Source: Macrostomum lignano
Taxonomy: Eukaryota
Reading direction: 5' to 3'
Assembly: GCA_002269645.1 (NCBI GenBank)
Contig: NIVC01003855.1
Coordinates: 9,534 to 73,533, forward strand
DNA: 64,000 bases
Position 1 is the stretch's first letter, and the number at the start of each line of letters is the position of its first letter. The notes under the pieces are model-generated. The model saw nothing but the letters and a program-made list of their open reading frames with translations, did no database searches and was not told the DNA's origin. Positions 25,514 to 38,750 of the stretch are shown piece after piece. The position numbers and the translations under genes are program-made.

Positions 25514-27173
25514 GCATTTCCCCTCCAACATTGCGACTGGGAAAAAGTACAAACTGGGCCTGTGCCACGAAAGCTAAGATGACTGTCGCCAAGGCCCAGG
25601 CTTTTTGAATAGTTGATTTCTGCATTTCTGCTCCGCGTCTTCTTCTGCTGATCCTGCAATTCCATTTTCTGCTGCTTTAACCGCTGTAGAAAGCAGCAAT
25701 TTCTGAGCAAAGCCGGGGATTTGAGCAGTCCCTGGCTGAGTGCACTTGGCCTGCTGGGAGGCTGGGATAATTTCTGATATCTGGAAGGCATAGGATTGGG
25801 CAAGATGGTTCAAGAACTATCAGATATAATATTTTTAAGATATTCGCAACAAAACAACTGCTTTTAGAAGTGATTGACTGCTTCTCTGCTCTGGATTCAA
25901 TGCGGGCCTCTAACGGAACGTGACTTCCGTTTGATTTTGTAATGAAATAATAATTTGGGTATATTATACAACTGCAGAGAAAGAGATTATATACATGAGT
26001 ATATATATAACTTCTCAGAAACTGACGGCCTTTGCCTGAATAGAAGGTGCGTGACTTCTGCTTCATTTAAATTATGGGTCTGCAGTTATCCCATTGGGAA
26101 GTCTTTAATCCCATTGTGGGATTAACTTTAATGTAAATATTGAAGCGGAATTTAATCATACTCTCAAACCGAAGCTTTGAAAAAGAATGAGTCAGGTTCC
26201 TACTGGCCGGGGTCAGCAGGTCTGGCCATAGACTATAGCTTTCATAGTAAGTAAGAAGAAGAAATTTTTCAAGTGCCTGGGAATGACTCAGGCATTGGCT
26301 TCATATCCATCAAACTCTTGTATTCATTCCTGAGCACTGTTTTGTCCGCTTTGTGTAGCCAATATTTGTTTTGCTTTTTAAAGTCGAAGTATATATATAT
26401 AATAGTTTCAATTGGTAAGCCTGTGCAACCAATTATAATATTATAATGCCTAATTTGCTATATGCGCTACTTACAGTAAGAGACTAAGAATTTTCGGTAG
26501 CTTTTTTTTACTGAACTAAAAACTCTATATTTAGTATATGGATATTATAATAATTATTAATGCTTTTATAATTAAAGTAGAGTAGCTCCTAACAGTTGTG
26601 GATTAGTCTGAAGAGTACACAATCTTTTACATAGTTGCATAATTATTATTATTAGTAATGGTTTCAAAAACCTGGTACCTAGAAAGCGATGCTTCAACAG
26701 AAATCAGCATATTCATGCGAGTGGGAGAGAGGAGTAAGAGCTAGATTAAGCACACATGGACACTCGGTCAAGTGTGTGTGAGTGTCTGTGTGTGCCACAC
26801 GGAGAGCTGGCCATGGTGGACCTAGGAATTACTGATCGTTCAATCGATGCAGCTTGACACTTTAGAGGTGAGAGATACGGGACAGAGAGAAATCAACAAC
26901 TCTCATTCCCAATGCTAGCGAGGAGAGAATCCGCTGACTAACTCTGCAGACCTGAGCTCCCCGCTGACTGCTCCCGATTGGTCGGAACAGCTCTCGGCCC
27001 TGCAGTAGCCAGGGCAAGTCTGTCCCAAAAGTTGAGCCTCACCGCTCACTCTGAGCTCCCTGTTTAGATATCAGAAAGCACACCGGAACATCTAACTGGG
27101 TGTAAAAGCTGCCTCTCAAATCCACAAACAAGTGCAGAAAAGAAAATTCGAGTTTCATAAATTCGCTGCAAGC

Positions 27174-27239
27174 ATGTCTTCGGTTCAAGAGCTGGTCAAT
27201 CTAAAGAAGAAAGCCAAGAGAAGGCGTCGAACTGGAGGA
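27174..27239 (+). CDS. Cys-less pentameric ligand-gated ion channel, exon 1 (MSSVQELVNLKKKAKRRRRTGG)
   Basis: ATG at 27174, in-frame TAA upstream at 27093. Donor GGA|GTAAGT, phase 0, joins exon 2. Confidence 0.65.
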
Positions 27240-27517
27240 GTAAGTGCTAGCAATTATTTGCACCTGACAGCCAGCTGTGTAGAGCTGTACTGAGGGGCAG
27301 TATCGTCATAATGTTAGACCATTTAGCAGCATGCGATACTACCTGGCAAACAGTTTGTAGTATTGGGAAAAGTGTGTTCACGTCTGTCTGTCTATGAGAA
27401 GTCGGAGCCGCTGTCGCCTTGTGTCAGTGGGATACGCTCGTAGTCAAGGCTGCTTGCGACTGTCACCTTGAATTTGTGGCACTTCTAAAAATTACTCTTA
27501 AAACTCGCGAATCCTAG

Positions 27518-28021
27518 GACACATCCTACCAGGCCGTCGACACTGATGACGACTGCTTCTCGAACAACAGCGCCGAGTTCAACTCGAACGAGTGCCTGAG
27601 CTCCGGCCACGGGCCGGCGGTTCACCGAGCGGCCAAAAGCGATTCGATAACTGGCGACGGTCGCGAAGCTGCCTCAACTGCTGGTCGACACGATGAAGCT
27701 GAGACAGCCGCCTTTGCGGCGGCGGCCGGCCTCCCAGATGCCTCGTCGACCGTTGAAGTCGACGAAGATGCCGATGCAGATGACAGGCAGCGAGGAGGCG
27801 ACGAGCTTCAACAACTGACAGACGCGGCGAGGTCGTTGAATCCGACTGCACGGTTGATCGAAGCTCTGGAGACTCTCAGAGACTCCATCAACGACAACAC
27901 CAGCGTGGCGCTGCAGCAGACTCGAACTCGAAATCGACGACGGGGCACCTCGTCTGGCCAGGTCAACTACAAGAGCAGCGCCTTGAAGAGCGACGAGCGC
28001 TGCCGAATCCGCTCGGAGAAG
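27518..28021 (+). CDS. pLGIC exon 2 (low-complexity N-terminal extension)
   Basis: Acceptor ATCCTAG, 504 nt open, coding-like GC. Donor AAG|GTCAGG, phase 0. Confidence 0.75.
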
Positions 28022-28026
28022 GTCAG

Positions 28027-28510
28027 GGGATGGGGAAGCCGGGGGATGGGAAATTCGGGGATGGGGAAATCGGGGATGGGGAATTCGGGGATGGGAAATT
28101 CGGGCATGGGGAATTCGGGGATGGGGAATTCGGGCATGGGGAATTCGGGCATGGGGAATTCGGGGATGGGGAATTCGGGCATGGGGAATTCGGGGATGGG
28201 GAAATCGGGGATGGGGAATTCGGGGATGGGGAATTCGGGGATGGGGAATTCGGGGATGGGGAATTCGGGGATGGGGAATTCGGGGATGGGGAATTCGGGG
28301 ATGGGAAGTCAGGGGGTGGGGAAGTCTGGGGATAGAGAATTTGGGGTGTGAGAAGGTCAAGGAATGGGGAATTCGGGGATTTGGAAGTCAGGGGATGGGA
28401 AGTCAGGGATGGGGAAGTCAGGGGATGGGAAGTCAGGGAAGGGGAAGCCAGGGGATGGGAAGTCAGGGGATGGGAAGTCAGGGGATGGGAAGTCAGGGGA
28501 TGGGAAGTCG
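28027..28510. repeat. 15-bp G-rich minisatellite (GGGAATTCGGGGATG, then GGGAAGTCAGGGGAT)
   Basis: Begins directly after the exon 2 donor. Confidence 0.95.
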
Positions 28511-28809
28511 GAGCTTTGAAGCTACACCCAAAGCGTTGGGGCAGTTAATTGAAAGTCCGTGCTGATTACAGTTTTTCAATCAACTGAAAAATACAGGCAA
28601 GCCTCTGGAGGAAATCAAATTATAAGTAGAGGATATGCAAATTTCAAATCGCTTTTCAGCTTTACATTGTAAGTTTCCGAGATGCTAGTTAAAAAACAAC
28701 TGCTTTTGACAGCTCTGAGTTCGGTTCCTGTCATTGCATTTTCCTGTCATTGCATCTTCTCGAATTCTACAGCTTTTTGACTCATCCTTTTTGAAAAATG
28801 AAATATGCT

Positions 28810-30335
28810 TGAGGCAGTCCCCAATGACCAATGACTCATTTAGACAGTGCCAGTCCCCAATGACCAATGACTCATTTAGACAGTGCCAGTCCCCAATGAC
28901 CAATGACTCATTTAGACAGTGCCAGTCCCTAATGACCAATGACTCATTTAGACAGTGCCAGTCCCCAATGACCAATGACTCATTTAGACAGTGTCAGTCC
29001 CTAATGACCATTGACTCATTTAGACAGTGCCAGTCCCTAATGACCCATTTAGACAGTGCCAGTCCCCAATGACCAATGACTCATTTAGACAGTGCCAGTC
29101 CCCAAAGACCAATGACTCATTTAGACAGTGCCAGTCCCCAATGACCAATGACTCATTTAGACAGTGCCAGTCCCCAAAGACCAATGACTCATTTAGACAG
29201 TGCCAGTCCCCAAAGACCAATGACTCATTTAGACAGTGCCAGTCCCCAATGACCAATGACTCATTTAGACAGTGCCAGTCCCCAATGACCAATGACTCAT
29301 TTAGACAGTGCCAGTCCCTAATGACCAATGACTCATTTAGACAGTGCCAGTCCCCAATGACCAATGACTCATTTAGACAGTGTCAGTCCCTAATGACCAT
29401 TGACTCATTTAGACAGTGCCAGTCCCCAATGACCATTGACTCATTTAGACAGTGCCAGTCCCTAATGACCAATGACTCATTTAGACAGTGCCAGTCCCCC
29501 ATGACCCATTTAGACAGTGCCAGTCCCCAATGACCCATTTAGAAAGTGCCAGTCCCCAATGACACATTTAGACAGTGCCAGTCCCTAATGACCAATGACT
29601 CATTTAGACAGTGCCAGTCCCCAATGACCAATGACTCATTTAGACAGTGCCAGTCCCCCATGACCAATGACTCATTTAGACAGTGCCAGTCCCCCATGAC
29701 CAATGACTCATTTAGACAGTGCCAGTCCCTAATGACCAATGACTCATTTAGACAGTGCCAGTCCCCAATGACTCATTTAGACAGTGCCAGTCCCCAATGA
29801 CCCATTTAGACAGTGCCAGTTCCCAATGACCCATTTAGACAGTGCCAGTCCCCTATGACCCATTTAGACAGTGCCAGTCCCAATGACCCATTTAGACAGT
29901 GCCAGTCCCCTATGACCCATTTAGACAGTGCCAGTCCCCAATGACCCATTTAGACAGTGCCAGTCCCCAATGACCCATTTAGACAGTGCCAGTCCCCTAT
30001 GACCCATTTAGACAGTGCCAGTCCCCAATGACCCATTTAGACAGTGCCAGTCCCCTATGACCCATTTAGACAGTGCCAGTCCCCAATGACCCATTTAGAC
30101 AGTGCCAGTCCCCAATGACCCATTTAGACAGTGCCAGTCCCCTATGACCCATTTAGACAGTGCCAGTCCCCAATGACCCATTTAGACAGTGCCAGTCCCC
30201 AATGACCCATTTAGACAGTGCCAGTCCCCAATGACCCATTTAGACAGTGCCAGTCCCCTATGACCCATTTAGACAGTGCCAGTTCCCAATGACCCATTCA
30301 GACAGTGCCAGTCCCCTATGACCCATTTAGACAGA
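28810..30335. repeat. 36-bp then 29-bp minisatellite (GACAGTGCCAGTCCCCAATGACC[AATGACT]CATTTA)
   Basis: The unit loses 7 bp from ~29790 onward. Confidence 0.96.
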
Positions 30336-30375
30336 AACATACTCGCTGACGCATTGTAAAACCGCCAATTCTCAG

Positions 30376-30504
30376 GTGGTGGTGGAGATCCGAGTCGTAT
30401 TCCTAAAGATCGGCGAGATCGATACTCTGAAAGAGCTTTATCACGCTGACGCCTTTATTCAAGCGAAATGGAAGGAACCACTGCTCGAGGGTCGAAGTCC
30501 CGAG
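30376..30504 (+). CDS. pLGIC exon 3 (beta1-beta2: VVVEIRVVFLKIGEIDTLKELYHADAFIQAKWKEP)
   Basis: CTCAG acceptor, GTAAGC donor, 129 nt, phase 0-0. V.V.....I..ID......F.AD......W.D/EP pattern of pLGIC ligand-binding domains. Confidence 0.92.
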
Positions 30505-30730
30505 GTAAGCAATAGCGATGCGAACATAGACTTAGAACATTTCACTTCGTAAGTATCCATAAAAAGTTCTTAAATAGCATAGACAAGCCAAGTTACAGAA
30601 GGGTGTCCTCAGTCGCTCTCATTATGAATGGGGCCCTGAAAACGACCCATTAGACTTATCCACAGAACTGACTCTCACGTCACCGCGACCCTTGGTTCGA
30701 TTTCGTGCGCGGCCTTGCACGTTCATTTTG

Positions 30731-30855
30731 GGGGAGGGGGTTGTTGTGCTTTTCACAGACCATGAGACCCAACCCCCCAGGGCACAGAAAGTGTACATTC
30801 CTGACGATTAGAAAGTCAAAGGGCCGATGTACACCCTGTGTGAGCGTGTGTATGA
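30731..30855 (+). mobile_element. SINE-like dispersed repeat, copy B, running into a (GAGT)n tail
   Basis: Reverse complement aligns with 35341-35465 over ~130 bp. Confidence 0.6.
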
Positions 30856-31195
30856 GTGAGTGAGTGAGTGAGTGAGTGAGTGAGCGAGTGAGTGAGTGAG
30901 TGAGTGAGTGAGTGAGTGAGTGAGTGAGTGAGTGAGTGAGCGAGTGAGTGTGAGCGAGTGAGCGAGTGAGAGAGTGTGAGCGAGTGAGTGAGTGTGAGCG
31001 AGTGAGTGAGTGAGTGAGTGAGTGAGTGAGTGAGTGAGTGAGTGAGTGAGTGAGTGAGTGAGTGAGTGAGTGAGTGAGAGAGTGTGAGCGAGTGAGTGAG
31101 TGTGAGCGAGTGAGTGAGTGAGTGAGTGAGTGAGTGAGTGAGAGAGTGTGAGCGAGTGAGTGAGTGAGTGAGTGAGTGAGTGTGAGTGAGTGCGT
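30853..31195. repeat. (GAGT)n microsatellite
   Basis: Direct reading. Confidence 0.97.
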
Positions 31196-31864
31196 GCCTG
31201 AGTACAGTATTGGAGTGTTTGTATGTTGCTCAGTAGTCAGCGGAATGGGTTAGAAAAAGAGACAGGTTAGCGGCAGACCTCCTGTAGTTTTTACGATTAT
31301 TAATATCAACTATTCACTTTTCTGTAGGCTCATCTGTGACATTAAAAACTCACGGATTCCAGCCTAACAATATATACCAGTCTGAACTATCAAACAGGCT
31401 TATCCATGAAGATGCAGACAGTTCTAATGGGCTGCATATGAATAGTTGAATACGCCATTTACCAAGTTTTTTCTCTGGTAACAGCTTACACAGAAAGGCT
31501 ATTTACATATAGCAGCTATGCAGACTCCACGCTTAACACATTCGGTTTTTCTTCATCAATTTACTTATCCCAAGGCCATTAGCTATGGTTAGTCCAATAA
31601 GACAACTCAAACTTGCACACCGAGTTATGCCTTTTCAGGGGAAATATTCGGCACGGGATCTACTAAACATGCCCTTTGTAAGAGCACATTGCCCATTTCC
31701 ACGAAAACGCGCATTTTAAAACAAATTATTGCATTTTTGTGTGATCAGTTTGTAAATGAAGCTAAATTGCATTGTCTGTGTAAGCTCTGGGTATGTCATC
31801 CCATTTTGCCAGTTCCTTTCAGTAATTTATCTATTCACATGACATCTATATTTTCCCGTATTGA

Positions 31865-32920
31865 CTAGACTTGTAATCCATTCTAATCATTATTCATGTA
31901 AACTAGACTAGCAATCCATTCTAATCATTATTCATGTAAACTAGACTAGCAATCCATTCTAATCGTTATCCCATGTAAACTAGACTTGTAATCCATTCTA
32001 ATCATTATTCATGTAAACTAGACTAGCAATCCATTCTAATCATTATTCATGTAAACTAGACTAGCAATCCATTCTAATCATTATTCATGTAAACTAGACT
32101 AGCAATCCATTCTAATCATTATTCATGTAAACTAGACTAGCAATCCATTCTAATCATTATTAATGTAAACTAGACTAGCAATCCATTCTAATCATTATTC
32201 ATGTAAACTAGACTAGCAATCCATTCTAATCATTATTCATGTAAACTAGACTAGCAATCCATTCTAATCATTATTCATGTAAACTAGACTAGCAATCCAT
32301 TCTAATCATTATTCATGTAAACTAGACTAGCAATCCATTCTAATCATTATTCATGTAAACTAGACTAGCAATCCATTCTAATCATTATTCGTGTAAAATA
32401 GACTAGCAATCCATTCTAATCATTATTCGTGTAAACTAGACTAGCAATCCATTCTAATCATTATTCGTGTAAAATAGACTAGCAATCCATTCTAATCATT
32501 ATTCGTGTAAAATAGACTAGCAATCCATTCTAATCATTATTCGTGTAAAATAGACTAGCAATCCATTCTAATCATTATTCATGTAAACTAGACTAGCAAT
32601 CCATTCTAATCATTATTCATGTAAACTAGACTAGCAATCCATTCTAATCATTATTCGTGTAAAATAGACTAGCAATCCATTCTAATCATTATTCGTGTAA
32701 AATAGACTAGCAATCCATTCTAATCATTATTCGTGTAAAATAGACTAGCAATCCATTCTAATCATTATTCGTGTAAAATAGACTAGCAATCCATTCTAAT
32801 CATTATTCATGTAAACTAGACTAGCAATCCATTCTAATCGTTATCCCATGTAAACTAGACTAGCAATCCATTCTAATCATCATCCCATGTAAACTAGACT
32901 AGCAATCCATTCTAATCATT
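31865..32920. repeat. 38-bp minisatellite (TAAACTAGACTAGCAATCCATTCTAATCATTATTCATG)
   Basis: Period of 38 (31899 to 31937), head-to-tail, no spacers. Confidence 0.97.
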
Positions 32921-33984
32921 CTCCTATCTTGTCTAGATTGCTCATATTCATGGCTATGCATCAGCGCGACCGTATACTGCTGAGACGGATCAGCATGCAT
33001 GCTGAGTCCCAAGTCCAGGCTTTCGCCCATATTTCTGGCATCCCAAATGTTGAACAGCTACTGTTTCTCTCCCCCTGTCGGCCTGGCTGTCTGTTTCAGG
33101 CTCTCAGCTCCTCTCCCCTCAAACCTCCTGCCCGTCTGTTGGTGCATAATTTACAAGCCCAGCCTCTGCGCAGCCTCAGTCCAGAGCTGTCCCGCTGCCA
33201 ACAAATGGAAACAGCGAAAGCGTTCGCTCCCTTGGAGACAAAGAAATACTTCACATTTTTTGAGGAAGAACAGCGCGAAGAGTCGTGGGGACTAATTTCT
33301 GCTCCTGAAAGCCGCTACTTTCTGCTTAGAGAAAGGTGTGGGTAATTTCACGCCGCCTTCCTGCTAGCCCACTGCCCGTCAACTGAGTGGAGGGGTTGTT
33401 GTTGATGGCTTTGTATTATTAATGCAAACTATGTATATATATATATATATATACACATATATTGAGCTATGCTTGGAAGTGGGACATTACGCTTCTTATG
33501 TAAGTCGTGCGCCAAACTTCAGGCTAAATAATGTTAGGTGGACTAACACAACAAAAAACTTTCCATGGCGGTTTTAGCTTATAGCTTAGTGTCATTTTTT
33601 ATTTTTCTATTCTATTTCTATCTAAAGAGCATAACTGCATGTACTATATCCAAAACTCCGTCGCAGCACTAACATAGTCCTGGTTAAAAGCAATCTGTAT
33701 TGGGAGAAGAGATATTTCTAGGAGGAACTGTATGGATCTATGCAGACTCTGCTCATAGAGCTCGCTCATGCGTTACTTTTGCTCGACCAAATGAACGATT
33801 TTGTTCTAATGTGTCACGCGGCAGCAGAGCCCATCAGATCTCGGTATCGTGACAATTTAAATTTTTTTTTATAACAAGCTTATGTATCTTTCTTGAATGT
33901 ATAAAATTTTTCATTTTATTTATTAATTCGTGCAATCAATTTAAGACACTACCAAATCATATTCAACCAATGTTTCTACTTTTG

Positions 33985-34440
33985 TCTATAGTCAAGATAC
34001 TGTCTATGGTCAAAACATCATCTATGGTCAAAACACTGTCTATGGTCAAACACTGTCTATGGTCAAAACACCGTCTATGGCCAAAACACCGTCTGTGGTC
34101 AAAACACCGTCTATGGTTAAAACACCGTCTATAGTCAAGATACTGTCTATGATCAAAACATCGTCTATGGTCAAAACACCGTCTATGGTCAAAACACCGT
34201 CTATGGTCAAACACTGTCTATGGTCAAAACACCGTCTATGGTCAAAACACCGTCTATCGTCAAAACACTGTCCATGGTCAAAACACTGTCTATGGTCAAA
34301 CACTGTCTATGGTCAAAACACTGTCTATGGTCAAAACACCGTCTGTGGTCAAAACACTGTCTATTGTCAAAACACCGTCTGTGGTCAAAACACCGTCTAT
34401 GGTCAAAACACCGTCTGTGGTCAAAACACTGTCTATTGTC
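33985..34440. repeat. 17-18-bp minisatellite (GTCTATGGTCAAAACACC)
   Basis: Direct reading. Confidence 0.95.
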
Positions 34441-35340
34441 TGTGGCACAGGCACAGGCAGGGCATTGAGTTTAAGACAGAGCACTTAGATTGAGACAAGT
34501 CATGCCCGCCCTGCAAATGGAGCTGGAGAGTCCACAGGTCGAAGTCTACGGGATTGGCGTTCCATTGTACTCAGTTCGTCAGGCGCAGATGTCATTACAC
34601 GGTTGCTAAGAGTGCAGCCTGGTTTGCTCAGACACTGCGCTTCCTGCCCCGCCGCCGTATTGAATTGAATTCTCGACTTCTTAAATAGCTACAAAGAAGA
34701 ATGCTATGCTTTTTCAGAACGGATTTGTGTTCTCTGTGTCTATGGGCAAAACACGAGTCATTGATTCAGTGTTCAGAGCCGGCGAGGGGTCGAGTCTGTG
34801 CAGTGGTAAATCCTCAATAGCTAGGCGCTTAGTTAAACAAGTTCCGTCTCAGTTTCCCTATTTTTGGAAGCTGTTGAGACTTTAACCAGCTCATGAAATT
34901 ACTTCCAACTATTTTTTCCGACTTTACTTCATGATTTAAAATTAGTTAGCAATAGAAAAGTAAAAAAAACAAATGACTGACTACTCAAGATCCGTGCTGC
35001 AATATTGATTCCGCATTTCTGGGTGTTCACTCTTTTCCCAGGGACGGCTTTTAGCATTGGAAAACAGGCTCTCACTTGAATACTTCTACAAAATGTGTAA
35101 CAAGGATATTAATCCAACCTGTTCTATATTTAGCTTTGCTACCGCATTTGAAAAGTCCAATTCAGTTTTAGCCCATTCGAGAAGATACTTCGACACGGAG
35201 ATGCACTTTTGCTCTCGGACTAGGAATCGCGTTTTGTTAGGAAAAGTATTAATTTACAAAAAAACAATAATGGTAATATTTCAGGAAGATTTTAGGCTGA
35301 CTCCTGAGCTTACAAGCGCGCCAATATTGTACACAGGCAC

Positions 35341-35465
35341 TCATACACACGCTCACACAGGGTGCACAGCGGCCCTTTGACTTTCTAATCGTCAGACATG
35401 TACCTCTGTGCCTTGGGGTCTGGGTCTCATGGTCTGTGAATCGCATGACAATTCCCCTCCCCCAA
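35341..35465 (-). mobile_element. SINE-like dispersed repeat, copy C
   Basis: Inverted relative to copy B in the same intron. Confidence 0.6.
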
Positions 35466-35971
35466 ACGTATGGCTTGATTATGAATCTGTTGAGGTAATA
35501 TATAATTAAATTTTTTTTCAAACATTCGCACATTGCCCTTCACGACCCCTGTTAGCGGCGGCCTGAAGCTAATCCCTTTGATTGCTCGCAGCCTATGACT
35601 AATCCAGCGTATCCCGGGGAGGAAATATTCTGGTGACCCGGGGATCGAGAAAAATCCCTCAAAATGTCTTTTATGCTTGCCGCGTTAATCTTTCTGCTAA
35701 CTAAGACGGAAATCTGTTTGCACTTTCCATAGTTGCTCTCCATCTGCTGGGCCATCATGCATGGGTCTGCGCGAATGACTTCGGGCAGGAACTACTGAAG
35801 TATACGAGTTCTGTTGAGCTTTACTTTATGCAAAGGATAAGCTGCGTTTGGAATTATCGGTGTAGCCTTTAGAGTGACAAAAACTTCGAAAAAGAAATTG
35901 CAATAGGAAACTATTTGATACTGCAATTTTTTCATGGATATTTATGACGGATTGCAAATCGAGGCGATGGT

Positions 35972-36062
35972 TGACAGCGGCCCTGACTTTCTCATCATCA
36001 AGCATGTACACTCTCTGTGTGCCTTGGGTGTTGGACCTCAATGGGCATAAACCTCGCACGAC
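35972..36062 (-). mobile_element. SINE-like dispersed repeat, copy D (truncated, diverged)
   Basis: ACAGCGGCCCTGACTTTCT...CATGTACAC...TGTGCCTTGGG. Confidence 0.5.
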
Positions 36063-36151
36063 AAAGCTCCCAAAATTTATGTGGAATCGAACCCAGGTTC
36101 TCTCTGGATTCAATTGTAAATAATTCCATGCATCCAACTGAAAATTTACAG

Positions 36152-36352
36152 GAGTTAAAAACAGTCGACCTTGAGAAATACTGGAATCCATTAATCTACA
36201 TTGACAATATTCTCAACGAGACCAAGGAAGCTACTTGGGTCGTTGGTCAGCACGACCCTCTGTCATCCGATGTCTACATTGTGGAGCGGCGCCGGATTAA
36301 GGGAGTTTTCCTAGAAACCCTGGAGCTCAACGATTTCCCGTTGGATGTGCAG
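36152..36352 (+). CDS. pLGIC exon 4 (loop A YWNP to the Cys-less signature loop LELNDFPLDVQ)
   Basis: TTTACAG acceptor, GTGAGA donor, 201 nt, phase 0-0. W.P.I.I.N and FPxDxQ motifs; no cysteines. Confidence 0.95.
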
Positions 36353-36564
36353 GTGAGACAAATTAATGAACGAATAATGCGAGTGTCCACTTTGAAACAC
36401 TGTCACTCTATTTGAGTATTTGAAGTTACCGCTATCAACACAATGTCCCATGATTATGTGTGACCACTACCAACACAATTCCCCATGATCAAGTGACTGC
36501 TATCAACACAATGTCCCATGATTATGTGACCACTATCGACACAATGTCACAATTAAGTGATTGC

Positions 36565-37520
36565 TATTGTCTCAATGACATTCAGAGAAGGTGTCCACTA
36601 TTGTCTCAATGACATTCAGAGAAGGTGTCCACTATTGTCTCAATGACATTCAGAGAAGGTGTCCACTATTGTATGAATGACATTCAGAGAGAGTGTTCAC
36701 TATTGTCTCAATGACATTCAGAGAAGGTGTCCACTATTGTCTCAATGACATTCAGAGAAGGTGTCCACTATTGTCTCAATGACATTCAGAGAAGGTGTCC
36801 ACTATTGTATGAATGACATTCAGAGAGAGTGTTCACTATTGTCTCAATGACATTCAGAGAAGGTGTCCACTATTGTCTCAATGACATTCAGAGAAGGTGT
36901 TCACTATTGTCTCAATGACATTCAGAGAAGGTGTCCACTATTGTATGAATGACATTCAGAGAGAGTGTTCACTATTGTCTCAATGACATTCAGAGAGAGT
37001 GTTCACTATTGTCTCAATGACATTCAGAGAGAGTGTTCACTATTGTCTCAATGACATTCAGAGAGAGTGTTCACTATTGTCTCAATGACATTCAGAGAGA
37101 GTGTTCACTATTGTCTCAATGACATTCAGAGAGAGTGTTCACTATTGTCTCAATGACATTCAGAGAAGGTGTTCACTATTGTCTCAATGACATTCAGAGA
37201 AGGTGTCCACTATTGTATGAATGACATTCAGAGAGAGTGTTCACTATTGTCTCAATGACATTCAGAGAGAGTGTTCACTATTGTCTCAATGACATTCAGA
37301 GAGAGTGTTCACTATTGTCTCAATGACATTCAGAGAGAGTGTTCACTATTGTCTCAATGACATTCAGAGAGAGTGTTCACTATTGTCTCAATGACATTCA
37401 GAGAGAGTGTTCACTATTGTCTCAATGACATTCAGAGAGAGTGTTCACTATTGTCTCAATGACATTCAGAGAAAGTGCCCACTATTGTCTCAATGACATT
37501 CAGAGAAAGTGCCCACTATT
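36565..37520. repeat. 34-bp minisatellite (CTATTGTCTCAATGACATTCAGAGAAGGTGTCCA)
   Basis: Period of 34, no spacers. Confidence 0.97.
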
Positions 37521-37622
37521 CTCTGAATAGTCTTTTCACACTGCTGAGCCCACCACTAGCATTGCCACAGCGTGTTAATTTGTTAATCAAGTTCAAATTA
37601 GTTCCACACCGATCACTTTTAG

Positions 37623-37880
37623 GACCTGACAATCACGATCACATCCGAGCGACCAGACACAGAGATCGAGCTCATTCCAGACGAGGCGGAGATGAGCGGC
37701 ATCAATATTCAGACATTCGTTGATCAACAAGAGTGGCGCCTGCACGAGCACATTGAAGTTGAGAAGCGAACTCTGACCCAGGAGTTCTCCAGCACTATGA
37801 AGTCGCATCCGTGCTTAGCTGTGAGATGCAGAGCCGCTAGGAGGCCCGGTTACTTCTACTGGAATGTCTTTCTTATTATG
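37623..37880 (+). CDS. pLGIC exon 5 (beta7-beta10, pre-M1, start of M1)
   Basis: TTTTAG acceptor, GTGAGT donor, 258 nt. QQEWRL (EW motif) and ARRPGYFYWNVFLIM (pre-M1 RRxxYF). Confidence 0.95.
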
Positions 37881-38750
37881 GTGAGTTTCTAATCGAGTAG
37901 AACTCATATTAATTACTCGTATTCAAGGTTAATCCACTTGTCTCCTAATGTTCCCAATATTGGACTCTGATATATTATCCAAGATTGCTTCGTTAGTATT
38001 AGAGCTACACTGGCATGGAAAAGTTGACTTGACAGTAAGTTAAACAAACATAGCCTGTAATAGACTTACAGGCATGCAGCTGTAATGCTTCAACAAAGGA
38101 GACGATGCTATATAACCCGTTGCGTGCATCAATAGAGAACTTGTGTTAGATGGATTTGCACGCGATGGCTGCTTCAATGTGCCCTGCAGAGGAGGCCTAC
38201 AACTGCGGGTCCTTCATCTGGGAGAAAGAGCACAGAGAGAAATATAGGTAAAAGCGAACGGACTTGCAGGTAGGCGTGGCGCAAGTAATGCAGAATTGTT
38301 GACCAAAGCCAGGCTAATTAATGGCAAACAGCTGGTGGGAAATCAGCCTGCAGAGGCATCGGCGCCAGGTTTATGAAGTTGGGTTTGTTGATGCGTTGGC
38401 TAAACAATAGCTGTCAAGTTACAGTTGCCGTGCACTGGGTCAGTGTTGGCTGGTCCGTGTACTGTTATTCATGAGCCCAGTTCATTACTAGTGTTCACTT
38501 ACATTTTACATCAGGCATAGTTCATTTATTCAACGCTACCTTTGATGAAATATTTTGCTGCTCTTTCCAGTTCTGCTTGTTTACCATTTCCGAGTTTCTT
38601 GGCCTCTGACTTTTTTATTCATTTATAATTCAAAAGATTGTTGTATTTCTTGATGAAATAAGCAACTTAATCTCGGATGTATGGGTCATTGCTAGGTGGA
38701 ACATATAAGAGTAAAGAGTAGAGATTGCAGCTACAGTGGATAATACAGAG

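Noticed and set aside
25381-26066. Overlapping minus-strand ORFs upstream of the channel
   Set aside because: They run through a (GT)n repeat and show no domain or consistent splice sites.
32929-33345. 138-aa plus-strand ORF in channel intron 3
   Set aside because: No pLGIC similarity; exons 3 and 4 already join seamlessly.
28810-37520. 34-38-bp repeats of CRISPR-like length
   Set aside because: Units are head-to-tail with no unique spacers, there are no cas genes, and they sit inside eukaryotic introns.
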